NCBI GenBank assembly: GCA_012295275.1
Contig: CM022667.1
Location: 8,494,001 to 8,558,000, forward strand
DNA length: 64,000 nucleotides
From: Chrysomallon squamiferum
Lineage: Eukaryota > Animalia > Mollusca
Direction of reading: 5' to 3'
Shown: one piece after another, positions 1 through 13,900 of the stretch
How the letters are laid out: each line of letters begins with the position of its first letter
Numbering within the stretch: position 1 is the stretch's first letter
Program-made: the position numbers and the translations under genes
Notes under the pieces: generated by a model
Told to the model about the DNA's origin: nothing
The model's input: only the letters and a program-made list of their open reading frames with translations
Databases searched by the model: none

Positions 1-164
1 CAGTAGTAGGCCTTGTATTTGAGTCTTAGGGGCATACAATCAAGGAGTTGGCCCTGGGCATCACCAGTCCTCTGCACACCACTGTAGACTATTGTAAACA
101 AATGGCCTTAATTAGAAAAGGTGGCCAGACATAATGATGCAGTGTATGAACAGAATGGGATGGG

Positions 165-1850
165 TCAGTCATAATAACTCAATGAATGAAGTGAGCAGGA
201 TGGACCACTCATATCAGTTCAGTGTATGAACTCAGTAGCATTATCCACTTGTAATAGCTGAATGGTTAAAATGAGTAGTGAATTTATAGACCATGTGACA
301 ATCATAATAACTCAATGTATGAACTGAGTATAGACTACGTGACAGTCACAGTAACTCAGTGTGTGAACTGAGCAAAGACAGCATGACCAGTCACAGTAAC
401 TCAATGTGTGAACTGAGCAAAGACAGCATGACCAGTCACACTCAGTGTGTGAACTGAGCAAAGACAGCATGACCAGTCACAGTAACTCAGTGTGTGAACT
501 GAGCTTAGACAGCATGACCAGTCACACTCAGTGTGTGAACTGAGCAAAGACAGCATGACCAGTCACAGTAACTCAGTGTGTGAACTGAGTAAAGACAGCA
601 TGACCAGTCACACTCAGTGTGTGAACTGAGCAAAGACAGCATGACCAGTCACACTCAGTGTGTGAACTGAGCAAAGACAGCACGAGCAGTCACAGTAACT
701 CAGTGTGTGAACTGAGCAAAGACAGCATGACCAGTCACAGTAACTCAGTGTGTGAACTGAGCAAAGACAGCATGACCAGTCACAGTAACTCAGTGTGTGA
801 ACTGAGCTTAGACAGCATGACCAGTCACACTCAGTGTGTGAACTGAGCAAAGACAGCATGAGCAGTCACAGTAACTCAGTGTGTGAACTGAGCTTAGCAT
901 GACCAGTCACAGTAACTCAGTGTGTGAACTGAGCAAAGACAGCATGAGCAGTCACAGTAACTCAGTGTGTGAACTGAGCAAAGACAGCATGACCAGTCAC
1001 AGTAACTCAGTGTGTGAACTGAGCTTAGACAGCATGACCAGTCACACTCAGTGTGTGAACTGAGCAAAGACAGCATGACCAGTCACAGTAACTCAGTGTG
1101 TGAACTGAGTAAAGACAGCATGACCAGTCACACTCAGTGTGTGAACTGAGCAAAGACAGCATGACCAGTCACAGTAACTCGGTGTGTGAACTGAGCAAAG
1201 ACAGCATGAGCAGTCACAGTAACTCAGTGTGTGAACTGAGCAAAGACAGCATGACCAGTCACAGTAACTCGGTGTGTGAACTGAGCAAAGACAGCATGAG
1301 CAGTCACAGTAACTCAGTGTGTGAACTGAGCAAAGACAGCATGACCAGTCACAGTAACTCAGTGTGTGAACTGAGCTTAGACAGCATGACCAGTCACACT
1401 CAGTGTGTGAACTGAGCAAAGACAGCATGAGCAGTCACAGTAACTCAGTGTGTGAACTGAGCTTAGCATGACCAGTCACAGTAACTCAGTGTGTGAACTG
1501 AGCAAAGACAGCATGAGCAGTCACAGTAACTCAGTGTGTGAACTGAGTAAAGACAGCATGACCAGTCACAGTAACTCAGTGTGTGAACTGAGCAAAGACA
1601 GCATGAGCAGTCACAGTAACTCAGTGTGTGAACTGAGTAAAGACAGCATGACGTCACACTCAGTGTGTGAACTGAGCAAAGACAGCATGACCAGTCACAC
1701 TCAGTGTGTGAACTGAGCAAAGACAGCATGAGCAGTCACAGTAACTCAGTGTGTGAACTGAGCAAAGACAGCATGACCAGTCACACTCAGTGTGTGAACT
1801 GAGCAAAGACAGCATGACCAGTCACAATAACTCAATGTGTGAACTGAGCA
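165..1850. repeat. Minisatellite of 45-bp units (cagtcacagtaactcagtgtgtgaactgagcaaagacagcatgac) mixed with 41-bp deletion variants
   Basis: Directly visible tandem array, homogeneous from ~342 to ~1850, with diverged copies at ~165-340. Each unit has an internal inverted repeat (ctcag...ctgag). The 41-bp units break the reading frame. Confidence 0.95.
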
Positions 1851-2132
1851 CAGAACCTCCAACCAATGAGTTAGTAGTAAGAAAGCTTTAAAAAAAAAAA
1901 AAAATGTTTATTACTTGTGTATCTGTTGTGTGACTTGTTAACCAAGGTGTTGATTTACTGTTGGTGGTAAACATCTCTGCTTCATTTGCATGCTTGAAAA
2001 AACAACAGTATCAATAGCAGCTGTAGGTGAGTTGTGAGTTTGGATTAAAAACGTTCTGACTCACTGATTAAGTTCTGCAGTTTGTTACTCACTTGGCTCT
2101 TTGCAGGTTTTGCATTCCAGTCAATTTTCTTC

Positions 2133-2166
<34 letters not shown>

Positions 2167-4540
2167 GTTTGTCTTAGTACAAGTTTTCAAAAGGAACAGG
2201 TGAGAAAGAATAATTTATGTGAAAATTGTCCTTTTTGTATTCAGTACACCTGTTGTGTGAATTATACTTTATTGGTGAAACATTGGTGAATGCTTGTTAA
2301 TATTATTACAGACAGAGCTAGCAAATATTTAGCATTTGCATCTGATTGTAGATTTTTTAAAAGTATTAATTAAACATAACATTATAATGAACAAATTTAA
2401 GAATCTTTCTAAAAAAAAATGAAAATGAGGGTCAGAGCAGGATGATCATGTTTAACCTCAGACATCCAGAGGTTAGCATCAGTTGCATGTAGTCATTTCA
2501 TTTCAATAGCAATTATGATGTTTGTGGTAACAGGAGAAATCAGAATAATAACAGACATTCTTGTTTTTTTTGTTTGTTTATTAAATAATAAATCAGCATG
2601 TTTTAATATTAATGATTTTTCTAGATTTTTTATGCTTTATGAAGTTAGAGAGGAAACATATTTCCTTTCTGTTAGTTATATATCATTAGTAGTAGATAAT
2701 TTTTAAATATTTAGATAAGTATCTACATGATAAATATTTAGAAAAACAATTTAAAACTTAAGAATTTATAAAACTGAAATAAAATCCTATAGGATAATAT
2801 TTATGAAAATAATAAAATAAAATCTGTGTTTTAAAGATTTAGCAAACTGAAATAAAAATCTAAATCTTAATATCGAAAAAAAAAAAAAAAAAATCTAAAT
2901 CTTAATATTTAGAGAGAAAAAAGTCTAAATGTTAATATTTAGAGAAAAAAGGTCCAATTGTAAAGTGTTTAGTAAACATCAATACAGTGAAAACTGGTTC
3001 TTGCTCTGTGTTAATGATATTGCTACAAGTTAATGCTGCTTTCAGCTCAGTTTAATTAACTGTCAACTTGTTTATTCACCAGAGTAAATATTTGCCACTG
3101 CTACCACGGTTACCATTCACACTGCATTATTTGATTATGTGATGATCACGAGGTCGGCAGTCACCTGAAACAAAGTTTACAGTAGATTTGTGTTGTTGTT
3201 TTTTTTCCCTTTTAAATGAAATAAAGATTATTTCTGGATGTTACCTAGTGAACCCATTAAATCTTTTTTTTTTTTAGCCATTTCCTTTCTGATGAAAGCC
3301 ATTATTATCAATGTCCTAGCTGATTTAACTGTTTGAATTCTGAATGTTCGTAACCTCTTGATTCTGTTTTAAAAGAGTTTTATATTGCTGTAAATACATT
3401 TGATGGGGTTTTTTTTTTTTTTCTCTTTAACACAGAAGCCAAAATTAAATGTAAAATCTTCCAATGATCCTCACATGAGCACTTTCAGCTTAGGATTACA
3501 CATTTTCAACTTCTGATAGGAAAACTCGTTTCAAGCTTTCTTAATCTTCATTTTCAATATTTAGAGAGAACTAAATATCTGGGTACTCAGAAGTCCACTG
3601 AGCTTCATGGTATAAGATGCAGGATTTGAGATATTATTTTTGGGGTTTAGCTCTACATGTGAGAGACAGGAGGGAGTGTGGGGTAATTCTTTACCTGAGA
3701 CATGCTGATGCTGAACAGGTCAGGCAGTGTTAGGTTTTTACTAAGTACTGCTGCTAAGTCCTGATTGTTTTCAGATGCCACTCAGAGAGAGACATGGAGA
3801 GAGACAATGGACTTTGAGTTACTGGTTTTATTCTGTGGGTTATTATTATTATTAGCAACAAAATGTTAAGACGAGAGGTGACAATCCAGGTGTGAAATTA
3901 GGTGATTTATTAACACAGACACAGCTGCCAGGTTTTTCTCAGTTGATGGAACCTTTCATTTCCAGAATTCACATTTTTATCTAGGATGTGTATATGATGC
4001 TGATATCCAGGATTCAGAATTGTGTGTGCTTCATGTGTTTTTGGTACAGATTTCTATCTAGGATTCACAGTTAGTGACTTGATGAATTTTTTTTTCTGTT
4101 TTCTTTAATATACAGAATTCACATTTAATCAAGGATGTGTACTTAATGTTTTTATACAGGATCAGAATTTTGTGTGTTTAATGGGGTTTTTTGTGATTTG
4201 GAGAAAGAAATTTGCTCTCACTGTTTGATCTGTTTTATGACAAACACATTTTCCAATTCCAGCCAACAATGACAGAGAAGTTAAAACACTAATTAAATTT
4301 ATAAAGATAAAAAAATAAAAATTCTGTTGTACCATGTAATTTTTATTTACCAACAAAACTGGATTTATAATTTCAACTGAAAAAGAAACGGCAAAAATAT
4401 TTCTTCTTCTTCTTTTTTTCATCAAAGTTGTATAGCTGATCATGTTTTAGATTTGAAATCCATTTGGAAAATATTTCTTGATCAAATTACTTTTAAGCAG
4501 ACGACTGTTGTTTTACGACTGTGTTGTTTGAGTTGTTTGA

Positions 4541-4682
4541 CTGTTGAGAAGTTTTCAGTTAACTGACTGCAAGGTTTATGTTGTTTTACTGTTGAGAAGT
4601 TTTCAGTTAACTGACTGCAAGGTTTATGTTGTTTTACTGTTGAGAAGTTTTCAGTTAACTGACTGCAAGGTTTGTGTTGTTT
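4541..4682. repeat. 48-bp tandem repeat, 3 copies
   Basis: actgttgagaagttttcagttaactgactgcaaggtttatgttgtttt x3; contains the palindrome cagttaactg. Confidence 0.9.
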
Positions 4683-5215
4683 GATAGATCTAAGCATGAA
4701 TTAAGAGAAGTCTGAAACATGTTAAACTTTACATTTATTCAAAACAGTTCATTAAATTTCTGGTCTTAAAAAAGTGGCAAATTTAAATTTAAAATTTCCT
4801 TTACTTTTAGCACATTTATTTAAACAGCCTTTCTTTTTTTTTTTTTTTATCTTGATTCATTGCATTTTAAAGTTGTTCTTTTTTATTTTTCTCTCATTTT
4901 AAATAAAATTAAAAAAAATTAAAATAATTTATTACTGAAAGGTCTGATTAAAACATTAAATTTGAATAAATAGTGTTTCTGACTTGAAGAAAAACCTGCC
5001 CATATTGTATCAAAGAGCAAAACACTGTATTAAATGATCTGTGTAAGAAAACAAGTGTTATCTCACGTTGAACACAACCCACTGTCAGTGTCTTCTGACA
5101 GCACAAATCAGAGCAGAGGGAGGAGGTGTCGACTGACAGTCTGTTTACGTTACTCGGAAGAACAGCACTTTCCACTGCCCATGCTAACAACTGTACTCAG
5201 TACACTGACAAGACA

Positions 5216-5396
5216 ATGGTTGACAAAATGAGCAAACGAAGCATGTCAGTGCAGCTGACGATGTCTTCTAATGTAAAGGTTAGTCCGGGTGTTGCTGTCA
5301 AGAGACATTCGTTATTCCCAGGGTCTGTGGGACACAGACTTTCAATAACTGGATCACGTTTTGAAGGAGATGTCACTGGCAGGCGAAAATCAACAT
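5216..5396 (+). CDS. MYCBPAP: Candidate alternative first coding exon (1a) of MYCBPAP
   Basis: GC-richer open frame MVDKMSKRSMSVQLTMSS...GRRKST ending in phase 1 at t|gtaggt. This joins exon 12290 in frame (T+AT = Tyr). Confidence 0.55.
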
Positions 5397-7249
5397 GTAG
5401 GTTTTACTAATTTACTTACTTATTTATTTGTTTGTTTATTTGTTTATTTATTTATTTTGTTTATTTATTTATGTGTATTTTTATTTTTTAATTTAAATAT
5501 ATATTTATTATTTTATATTTTTTTAATTGAAATTTTTCACTATTATTTGAATCAATGAATATGTGTATTAATAATTATGTTTTAATATCAGTGGTTATTA
5601 AATGCAAGAGTTTTAATGATTTTAGAAAAGAAACTGGCAGTTGTTGCCATTTGTGTCAGTTATCTTCAGCAGATGATTAGTGAGTCACTTTTGTTAATTG
5701 ACAAATCAGTTGTTTCAAACGTTTGGTGAAATGGTCACAAACTGACCCAGGATTTACTCTGGTTAAAAACACCAAGGAGGATCAATCCTACTTCCTGTCA
5801 TGCCTGAAGCTAAATTTCAAGTAACCTAATCTAGTTCACATCACTGTTACTTTTCTTTCCATGTCAGATATTTCTGTTATGTTTCAGATTAGGTATTAGT
5901 GGCCACACCTAAGATTTAAAAATGTTTTTAATATTTATTTTCATACATTTCTACATTTCTCTTCTTGTTTGCTGTTGTTAATATTATTAATATTATTAGT
6001 AGTATTTATTTATTTATTTATTTATTTTATGTATGATAGTATTATTATAATTATTTATTGTCATCACCATCATTTTGAAATTGAATATCTGAATAATCTG
6101 TTTCAGCAGTAATGTCTCGGTAATTTGATTTTTCTAAAGATTTAATTTAAGCTAATCTGTTACTGAACTGTTCAAAACTATCATGCCCAAAGTATCTGTG
6201 AAGTGAAACTGATAAAACTGCCATTTCAAAATCAAGCTATAACAGTAGCAACTAAATTACCAACAACAACAACAATATAAAAACTGTAAAATGAACTAGA
6301 TGTAACTATTGTTAACTTGAACTGTTTGCATTAATTCATAACAATGTGTTATATAGAACTAGCTGAACAAATAAGTAGGTGCAGAATATTTTATTTAAAT
6401 GATTTTACTGAAGTGTATATCAAATAATGATTTAAATTCCACCAAAATCAAATCAGTGGTTCATTATTTCTTAATGGACAACAAACCATTAAAAAGGAAA
6501 TAAATGTATTAAAACTATAAAAAATAATAATAATATAAGAAAGTAAAAGTTGTATTTGCTAATGGACCCTCAAAAAAGGCAGTTAAATTTGGTAATAAAA
6601 AGAAATGGTCTAAATATACTACTCTCTAAACTTACTTTATTCATTTATTTATTTGTTTTAATCCCCCACCCAGTTTTGATAAAAAAAAGTATAACAATAA
6701 AATCTGGATAATAATTATAATAATAATTAAAAAAATATATATATATATATAAATTTAATCAAGATTTGCAATACCTTTTAAATGTTTCCTAAGTAAAAAT
6801 CAATTTTTGTTTTATTTCTCTATGGACATTCTATATAAATAAATTAATTTCATTCTAGCAGTAAATTGTTTTGGATTGATATCAATTCCACTATAAAAAA
6901 AAAGAAAAAAGAAGCTATTCCCATATCCGCGCCATGACTATAATTGTTTGTTTCTACAAACAAAAGCAGACTGATTCAACAGTGTAAAGGGCACTCATGT
7001 TCTGTCAGTATTCCATCGGTATCATTGTTTCCCTCAGCGTCCCTTGCTAATCCAGTGATTAATCGTTTTACCACAATCAATACAAGCTGAAAACGTATTG
7101 TATTTCTGATACTTGTGTGGTCAGAATCAGTTCCTGGAATCGTAATAAATTATTAAATATAATAAAAAAAAGTGTTGACTGGAAAAGAAAGAATCTACTT
7201 ACTCCGTATCCAACAGTGAATGCTTTTTACTTGATTATTTCTAATTTTT

Positions 7250-7360
7250 CTTTATTTGGCGACCCACAAGGCTTCCTAAATAATTTTTCCGAGTACCTTA
7301 AAGTGAAATTAATCGTATGATTTCAGCAATGCTAATTTTTCGCGAATTCGCAGATTAGAG

Positions 7361-7392
<32 letters not shown>

Positions 7393-7700
7393 TTAGTATT
7401 AGTATTATTGTTCGTATGGTCATTTCGGCAATTCATGCAAATTTTGGAAGAAATTTTTGTATTGTGGCTCTGGGTTATTCATAGCATCCCTTCGATTCGG
7501 TATTTTGCTGCGTTTTCTAACCAATATTTTTATTTTATACCGGAGGTGAATACAAAAGAAGCACCATGGTTGAATGGCTGTGTAAACCGGAAGTGCAATA
7601 ACTACTGACCAGTCAATTCGCGAATCGGTGCTAATGGCTTCTTGATAATTCTCAAATTGTAATTCTTCGAAAATAATGTTATTTACAGGTTAACCTGTTT
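7250..7700. promoter_or_regulatory. CpG-enriched promoter-like region, possibly bidirectional
   Basis: Local CpG excess in a CpG-poor background, an ETS-type ccggaagt at ~7588, tcgcga palindromes at ~7340 and ~7618, and a minus-strand donor (gga|gtaagt) near 7203. Confidence 0.4.
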
Positions 7701-7888
7701 CATAATTGTAATTGAGGATAAGACTAATATAGTTTGATCATGTTTTAATCCGTTTCCAGTTATATTAATGATTTCACCGTAAAACAAACTGAATCGTAGT
7801 GTAAAATGAATTAGATGTGATTTCTTAGTTTCGCTTTCTCTTCTTTTTTTCATCTGTGTTTATTAGACGGTATTGTGTCCGTGCTGTA

Positions 7889-7929
<41 letters not shown>

Positions 7930-9878
7930 TTATGCTTGATTTGTGGATCACATGGATCCTGACAAACTTGTTACAACTGTAAACAGCATGGAACGACCTT
8001 TCCAGTGATTATAAAACAAGCCTCCTAACATATTTATGACTAATACAGTCGCTAATTAATGGAATTAATTGCTTTCTTTTTCTTTTCTGTTTTTACATGC
8101 AAAAGAGAGAGAGAAAAAAATAGTAATAATAAATAAATAAAAACAAAAAAGCCAATCAAATGCTGAAATTCCGGATCTCGTGCTCATGCACCTGACCTCA
8201 TGGTCGAAAGTCAAGACACGTCAATCTTCAGATCGGTGCACTACCATGTGCACGTTTTCTGGGATATATTGGAAGACATTCTGTTTTCGCTTTCTCTACC
8301 TTCAATTTGTGTAAATAACCTTACGTGACAGCATTTTTTATTAAGCTTTTGCCATTCTTCAATTATTGTGTTTTATATACAGAATGCAGGTAGTCTCTGT
8401 TGGTAGCCAGAACGAAGACCGACGTTGAAAGAGTGAATGAAATTTAACCGTACTTCCTCAATTTGAGAAAAATATGAGACAGAAATTTAATTTAAAAAAA
8501 AAAAAAATTAATAATAATAAAATATGTGACGTCATTCGAGTCAATGGTTCGTCATGGAGAGATAGTTATCAGTTTAGTTTTTATGGAAGGCAGAAAATTC
8601 CTTTTGATGAACAGACATTCACATTCAACATGAAATGGCAAGTTTAATGGCAAAAAAAATGTGAATGGAACGCTTCTGTATTTGTGTGAGATCTGAAAGT
8701 ACTTATCTTATCCAAAACTATGTCCACAACCGATGTATAGAGAAATATCTATAGCTTTCTAGTCAATAACAATGTGAGACACAAATCGTACAATCACTGA
8801 CTGTGGGGAACTTCAACACTCTGATTTTCTATAGACAGGTGTCACAATAAGTATCATGAAAATATTTCAGCAATTTTCACAGTCTAGTCAGCCTTACATT
8901 TTAAATACAATTATTATAATAATTTTACCTTGACATCACTTGTTTCACTCGGTTAAAGTTTACCTGTGACAGTACGAATAAATGGCCTGATAAAATTCCT
9001 CATATTTGAACGATCTGTCATCGATAATAACATAATAAAACGTAACAGTGTTACAAAACATTTGAAGCCTCCATTTTACTTCTTCTTAACTAGAGTCGAA
9101 ACGTCATCGTTGACTGTTAGCCCCTCCCCTCCACTTTGTATACGATGACATCACGAATGTAGAAAAATGACAATGTCCATATATTATTATTATTAAATTA
9201 TACTCTTATGTTATTATTATTATTCGTTATTAATTATGGCTAAACGGGGTTTGATGGTTACTAAATAAAATAAGTAGCAGTAGTATTAAAATATAATATT
9301 TATTATGTGTTTAATGAAAACCGTTTCAAAAAAATATATATATATATATTTAAATCAGAAATTAAACACCAAAGAAGTAACTTTGAACAATACACATATA
9401 GTTTATCAAATTAAATATGGTATATAAATTTCACAATACGACTTTTTGTATCTTTCAAAATAACAGGAAAAACGTACCTTGAGGCAAACATTTTATATTA
9501 TATCGTTCTTAAAAATAAAATTTAAAAAATTTAAAAAATGTAATAACAGTTCAGTTTAATTAATATTATATACTGTACAAAAAGTAAGGTGAATATCCTG
9601 TTTATGTACTCGCACTGCTCGTGGAATATAATTACTTTTGCAGTTATCTGTTTGTTAGGGAGGAAAATAAACAAAGACAAAATAATAGCAGACGATTAGT
9701 ATTTTCTCTCCAGAAGTACAAATATTAATGCTATTAATATTTATATATAATCAAGCAGCGGTATATTTCTACAGGTTTTGTACACTTTGAATTAATGTTT
9801 TCATGATGGATGTCGGAAATTAATTAAAATGGGTCGTATAGTGACCATGCATGATAAAAAAATCACAAATTATCAGTC

Positions 9879-10957
9879 ATGCTGCATCCCAGAAAATATA
9901 CCAGTTCTCAAAAGCCAGTGAAAGATCGTTCGAGGGATCAGCTGAAAGGTGCAAGTAAAACCAATTCCAAAAATACAAATAGATTAGAAATACTGGATTC
10001 ATCTAAATATGATACCAAGAAATCTTCGTCGGGAAAAAATTTATCATTAAGTATGTAATAATAATCAATGTATCGTTAACGTCACTCCATGTTTTCTTTC
10101 CTAAGTTTCATTTTGTTTGTATGTGTTGAATTTATATTTTAACTTTTTATTTTGCTCATAATAATCACAACAACAGTAATAAAATAAATAGTTATGGCTT
10201 TTTATTTTATATATAAAGTGGTACCTCGACTTAAGATTGCTCCAACTTACGAGTTTTCCGAGTTACGAGCAGTCGCCCGGTCGTTTCTTGCTTTGAATTA
10301 CGAGCCAAAATCCGAGTTACGAGCGAGCTTCAGCTACGCCGCCGTTTCAGGCGTTTGCTTGACGTGGTTACCTCGCCATGAAAACATCTCTGTTGTATTG
10401 TGGTCGCGTTTTGTGCAGCATTTTGCAAAAAATTTCCAGGATCCTAAGAAAGTGAGTGCAAAGGACAGTGCTAAGAAGAAGATGCAGATAATGTCCATTG
10501 AATTAAAGCATGAAATCATAGAAAAACATGAGCGAGGTGTGCATGTGCTACATGATGTAGTCGACTTGTCTAGGCAGTACGAACATAGTTCTTCTACCAT
10601 ACTGAAGCAGAAGGAGTCAATAAAAGCTATAACTCCAGCAAAAGGAGTTAAAATAATTTCTAAGCTTCAGACCTCTGTCCATGAAAAGATGGAGAAACCT
10701 AACTCTGTACACTTTACAAAACCTCAATTTATTTCTATTCATTCTCATTTATTTTGTTTTTAAAAAACATTGGTCATTTATACATGTATTTTTCTTATTT
10801 AAAAACATGTTACAAAAAATTGGGGTGGTTTTTAGGCGGCTGGAACAGATTAATGGTATTTCATTTAATTTCATTTGGGAAAACTGATTTGATAAACAAG
10901 CAAATTGAGTTACGAGCTTGGTCACAGAACAAATTAAACTCATAAGTCAAGGTACCG

Positions 10958-10995
<38 letters not shown>

Positions 10996-13900
10996 TATAA
11001 TGGTCAAAACTTGCAGTTTGATATAGTTCCATATAGTAGCATGTAAAACTGTTATTGTTAAATTTTAAAATGAATTATTATATAATAACTGTTTATCATT
11101 CATAAAATACTGAGTTTTAATTTTATGAATGAGTAACTGCACTAAGATAATAAGATATTGATAGAAGTATTGTATAAACTATCAGTGTTTATGAATAAAA
11201 AGTTTTAAATTTTTTATAGGCATCTAGTAAAGTTTTACTAAAATTTCCCAAACGAGAGGAAATTCAAATCATTTAAACCATCTTCGGTTCTGATTCATAC
11301 CAGATTTTCTCAGCAAAAAATGCTCAAAGAACTAGGTAGAGTAATATTCCATCTATTTGGTTAATATTAATGAGTCGTGAATTTGAAATAACAATAATAA
11401 TATTAATAATTAAAAACAATCAGTTTTATTTTATACTTACAGTATTAACAATTTTTTATTTTTTTTGGTACAGTTATTGATTTTTGAAAGTGTGATATTT
11501 GATAGATTTTGACACTTAGTGACATAGCCATGCTGTAATCAGAAATAACTTTTCACAAGTTCTTTGTTGAGTCTGATAATTAATTTGTTTCTAAGTTATA
11601 GAAATAATAATATTAATCCTTACTTGAAAACCAATTCATCATTAAGTAGTCAATCAGACTGTTGGTCAGGTAATATGCTTTGTATCCATATTTGAAGATT
11701 ACTGGTCACCAAAAAGTGTTCATGGCAAAAATCAATATCAGTGATTAGTTTGTTTTATCAATGGTCAGATTCTTTTCAGATTATGTTTATTATTAATAAA
11801 CTGTTGTACAACATCTTCATAACACTACATAAAAAGTTTAAAAAAAGAAATGAAAAGAAAAAAGCATATCTGTTTACCTATTATCATTTTTGTTTTGTAA
11901 AAATTCAAGATTCAGTTTTAATTAAGGATTTTGAATAATTCTACAGATGCTATAATTTTGATGCTAGTGTTTTATGGTTTGTAATCAAATTCAGCTAACA
12001 CTGTTTATGTTCTTTTTATTTACAATTGCAGAACAATGAATTAAAATGTAATAATCATATATTAAATATTAAACTTCAATTTATTCTACAAAGTATATTA
12101 ATTTACTTAAAATATATCGACTTATGTTAATACAATTATTTAATCTCGTTGTGTGATATTTACCTGTTTTACATTCTTTTTTTCTTTTTTGATAGTTTAA
12201 ATTTTTAATGATGATAAATTTTAGTATTTGTGTATATATAGTAATAATAATAATTATAATTATTATTATTTTTATTATTATTATTGCAGATCGATTGAAA
12301 AAAGGTAAACGTGATGGTACACCTGAAAAATCCCGTACTCCATCCCAGGAGGCTACTCAGGATGATGTTAATCCACCATCCAGAAACTATATATGGAATG
12401 AGGAAATTGAAAAGCTGCAGATAAAGGATGAAGAACTTGTAAAGGTTCAGAGCTATGTTACCTATGTCATTTTACCACATTTTTATTTTTGCACACACAC
12501 ACAAGTATTAATTTATTTTTATTATTTCCTTTAATAATAGGTTTAATGAACAATCTTTATCAACAAATACATCATTTAATCAGTTTTTGTTGTTATTTTT
12601 GACCCCATGAAATAATGGCTATTTTGACAGCAATAAACTATAATTTATATAAGATTTTTAATAATATTTTAATCAGTTTATAAATAAATAAAATAGATGA
12701 TAAAAGTTTCTGCATAATTTATTAAATAAATGCAGATATATGTGTTCAATGGTGAAAGGATTCTAGGAAACAAATTCACAGGAAAAATAGTCACAGAAAA
12801 AAATACACAGGTAAAAAATGTAAAAGGAAAAAAGTCAGATTAAGAAATGAAAGATTGATTAAACACATTTTGTCAGAGTTTTTTGTTAATGTTCTTTGAT
12901 TTTAATGTTAGTGTTTATGCGAATGTTCCACCCAATACCACAAAGAAATTCTGCAAATTCAACTTCATCTTTTGACACATTTCCACGACAACTTGGCTTT
13001 GCAAATTGCATGTTTGGTATACATGAACCCCTTATAACAGATTGTCTTACCACCCTTATTGCTATGAATAACTTCCATATTAAACATACTTCTGCTACTA
13101 GAGTAAGCTGGAGAATATAAAAGTGAAAAACATTTTAACCTGGGACATTTTATAAATCATTTACAGTAGGAAGCGCTTAGTTTAAATATATCCTAATCAC
13201 TAACCTACACCTAATCCTGCTTAACTGAACCTAATTAATAAGTGTAACAAGTCATCAGCCCTGCACAATATGAAGCCTCTTTCTATAATCTAGCCTAATC
13301 AATAAGCTTAACAATTACCACATGCATACTATGATGCCACATTCAATACTCCATAAACCCATATCTTTTGTGACTTTTTTCCCATACTAAATTGTGAATT
13401 TTTTTTTCTGTGACTTTTTTCCAGCCATCTGTGAAAACTACTGAGTACAAGTTAATGAAAGAAAATGGACATTTTCACAACAGAAAATCTTGAGAAAAAC
13501 CTATTTACTATTCCACCTGTCTCCTTGTTACATTGATTTTATTTATACATTAGTTTTCACTTGCTTTTAAGAGTTTGTATAAAAATGGCATTTGTTTGAA
13601 TCATCAGTGATCTACTTATGGATTTGTTCAAGTCAATTCTTCATGCTGGTGTAGGAATATAATTAGGTGTCACTATCTTAAACATTAAATTTCCTATCTC
13701 CAAAATTTAACTCACTTGCTCATTTTGCACAAATCATGCATAATCAGTCAATGAATACAGCATGTCTATATTTGTTAGATGAGTTTAAAAAAATGTGCTC
13801 TCAAATAAAATAATCCACATTAAAGTATATTTAAGTTTATTAAATAAGCATAAATTTGTATGCAGTTAGTAAATATATTTGTTTATTATTGTCTGTTTCA

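Noticed and set aside
342-1850. CRISPR-like array, or Cys-rich/metallothionein-like ORFs in the 45-bp repeat
   Set aside because: No unique spacers and no cas genes in a eukaryotic context; 41-bp units break the frame repeatedly, so the ORFs are by-products of the repeat.
10194-10763. 189-aa ORF as an intact host gene
   Set aside because: It starts outside the TIR and is a read-through of a deleted Tigger element lacking the catalytic domain.
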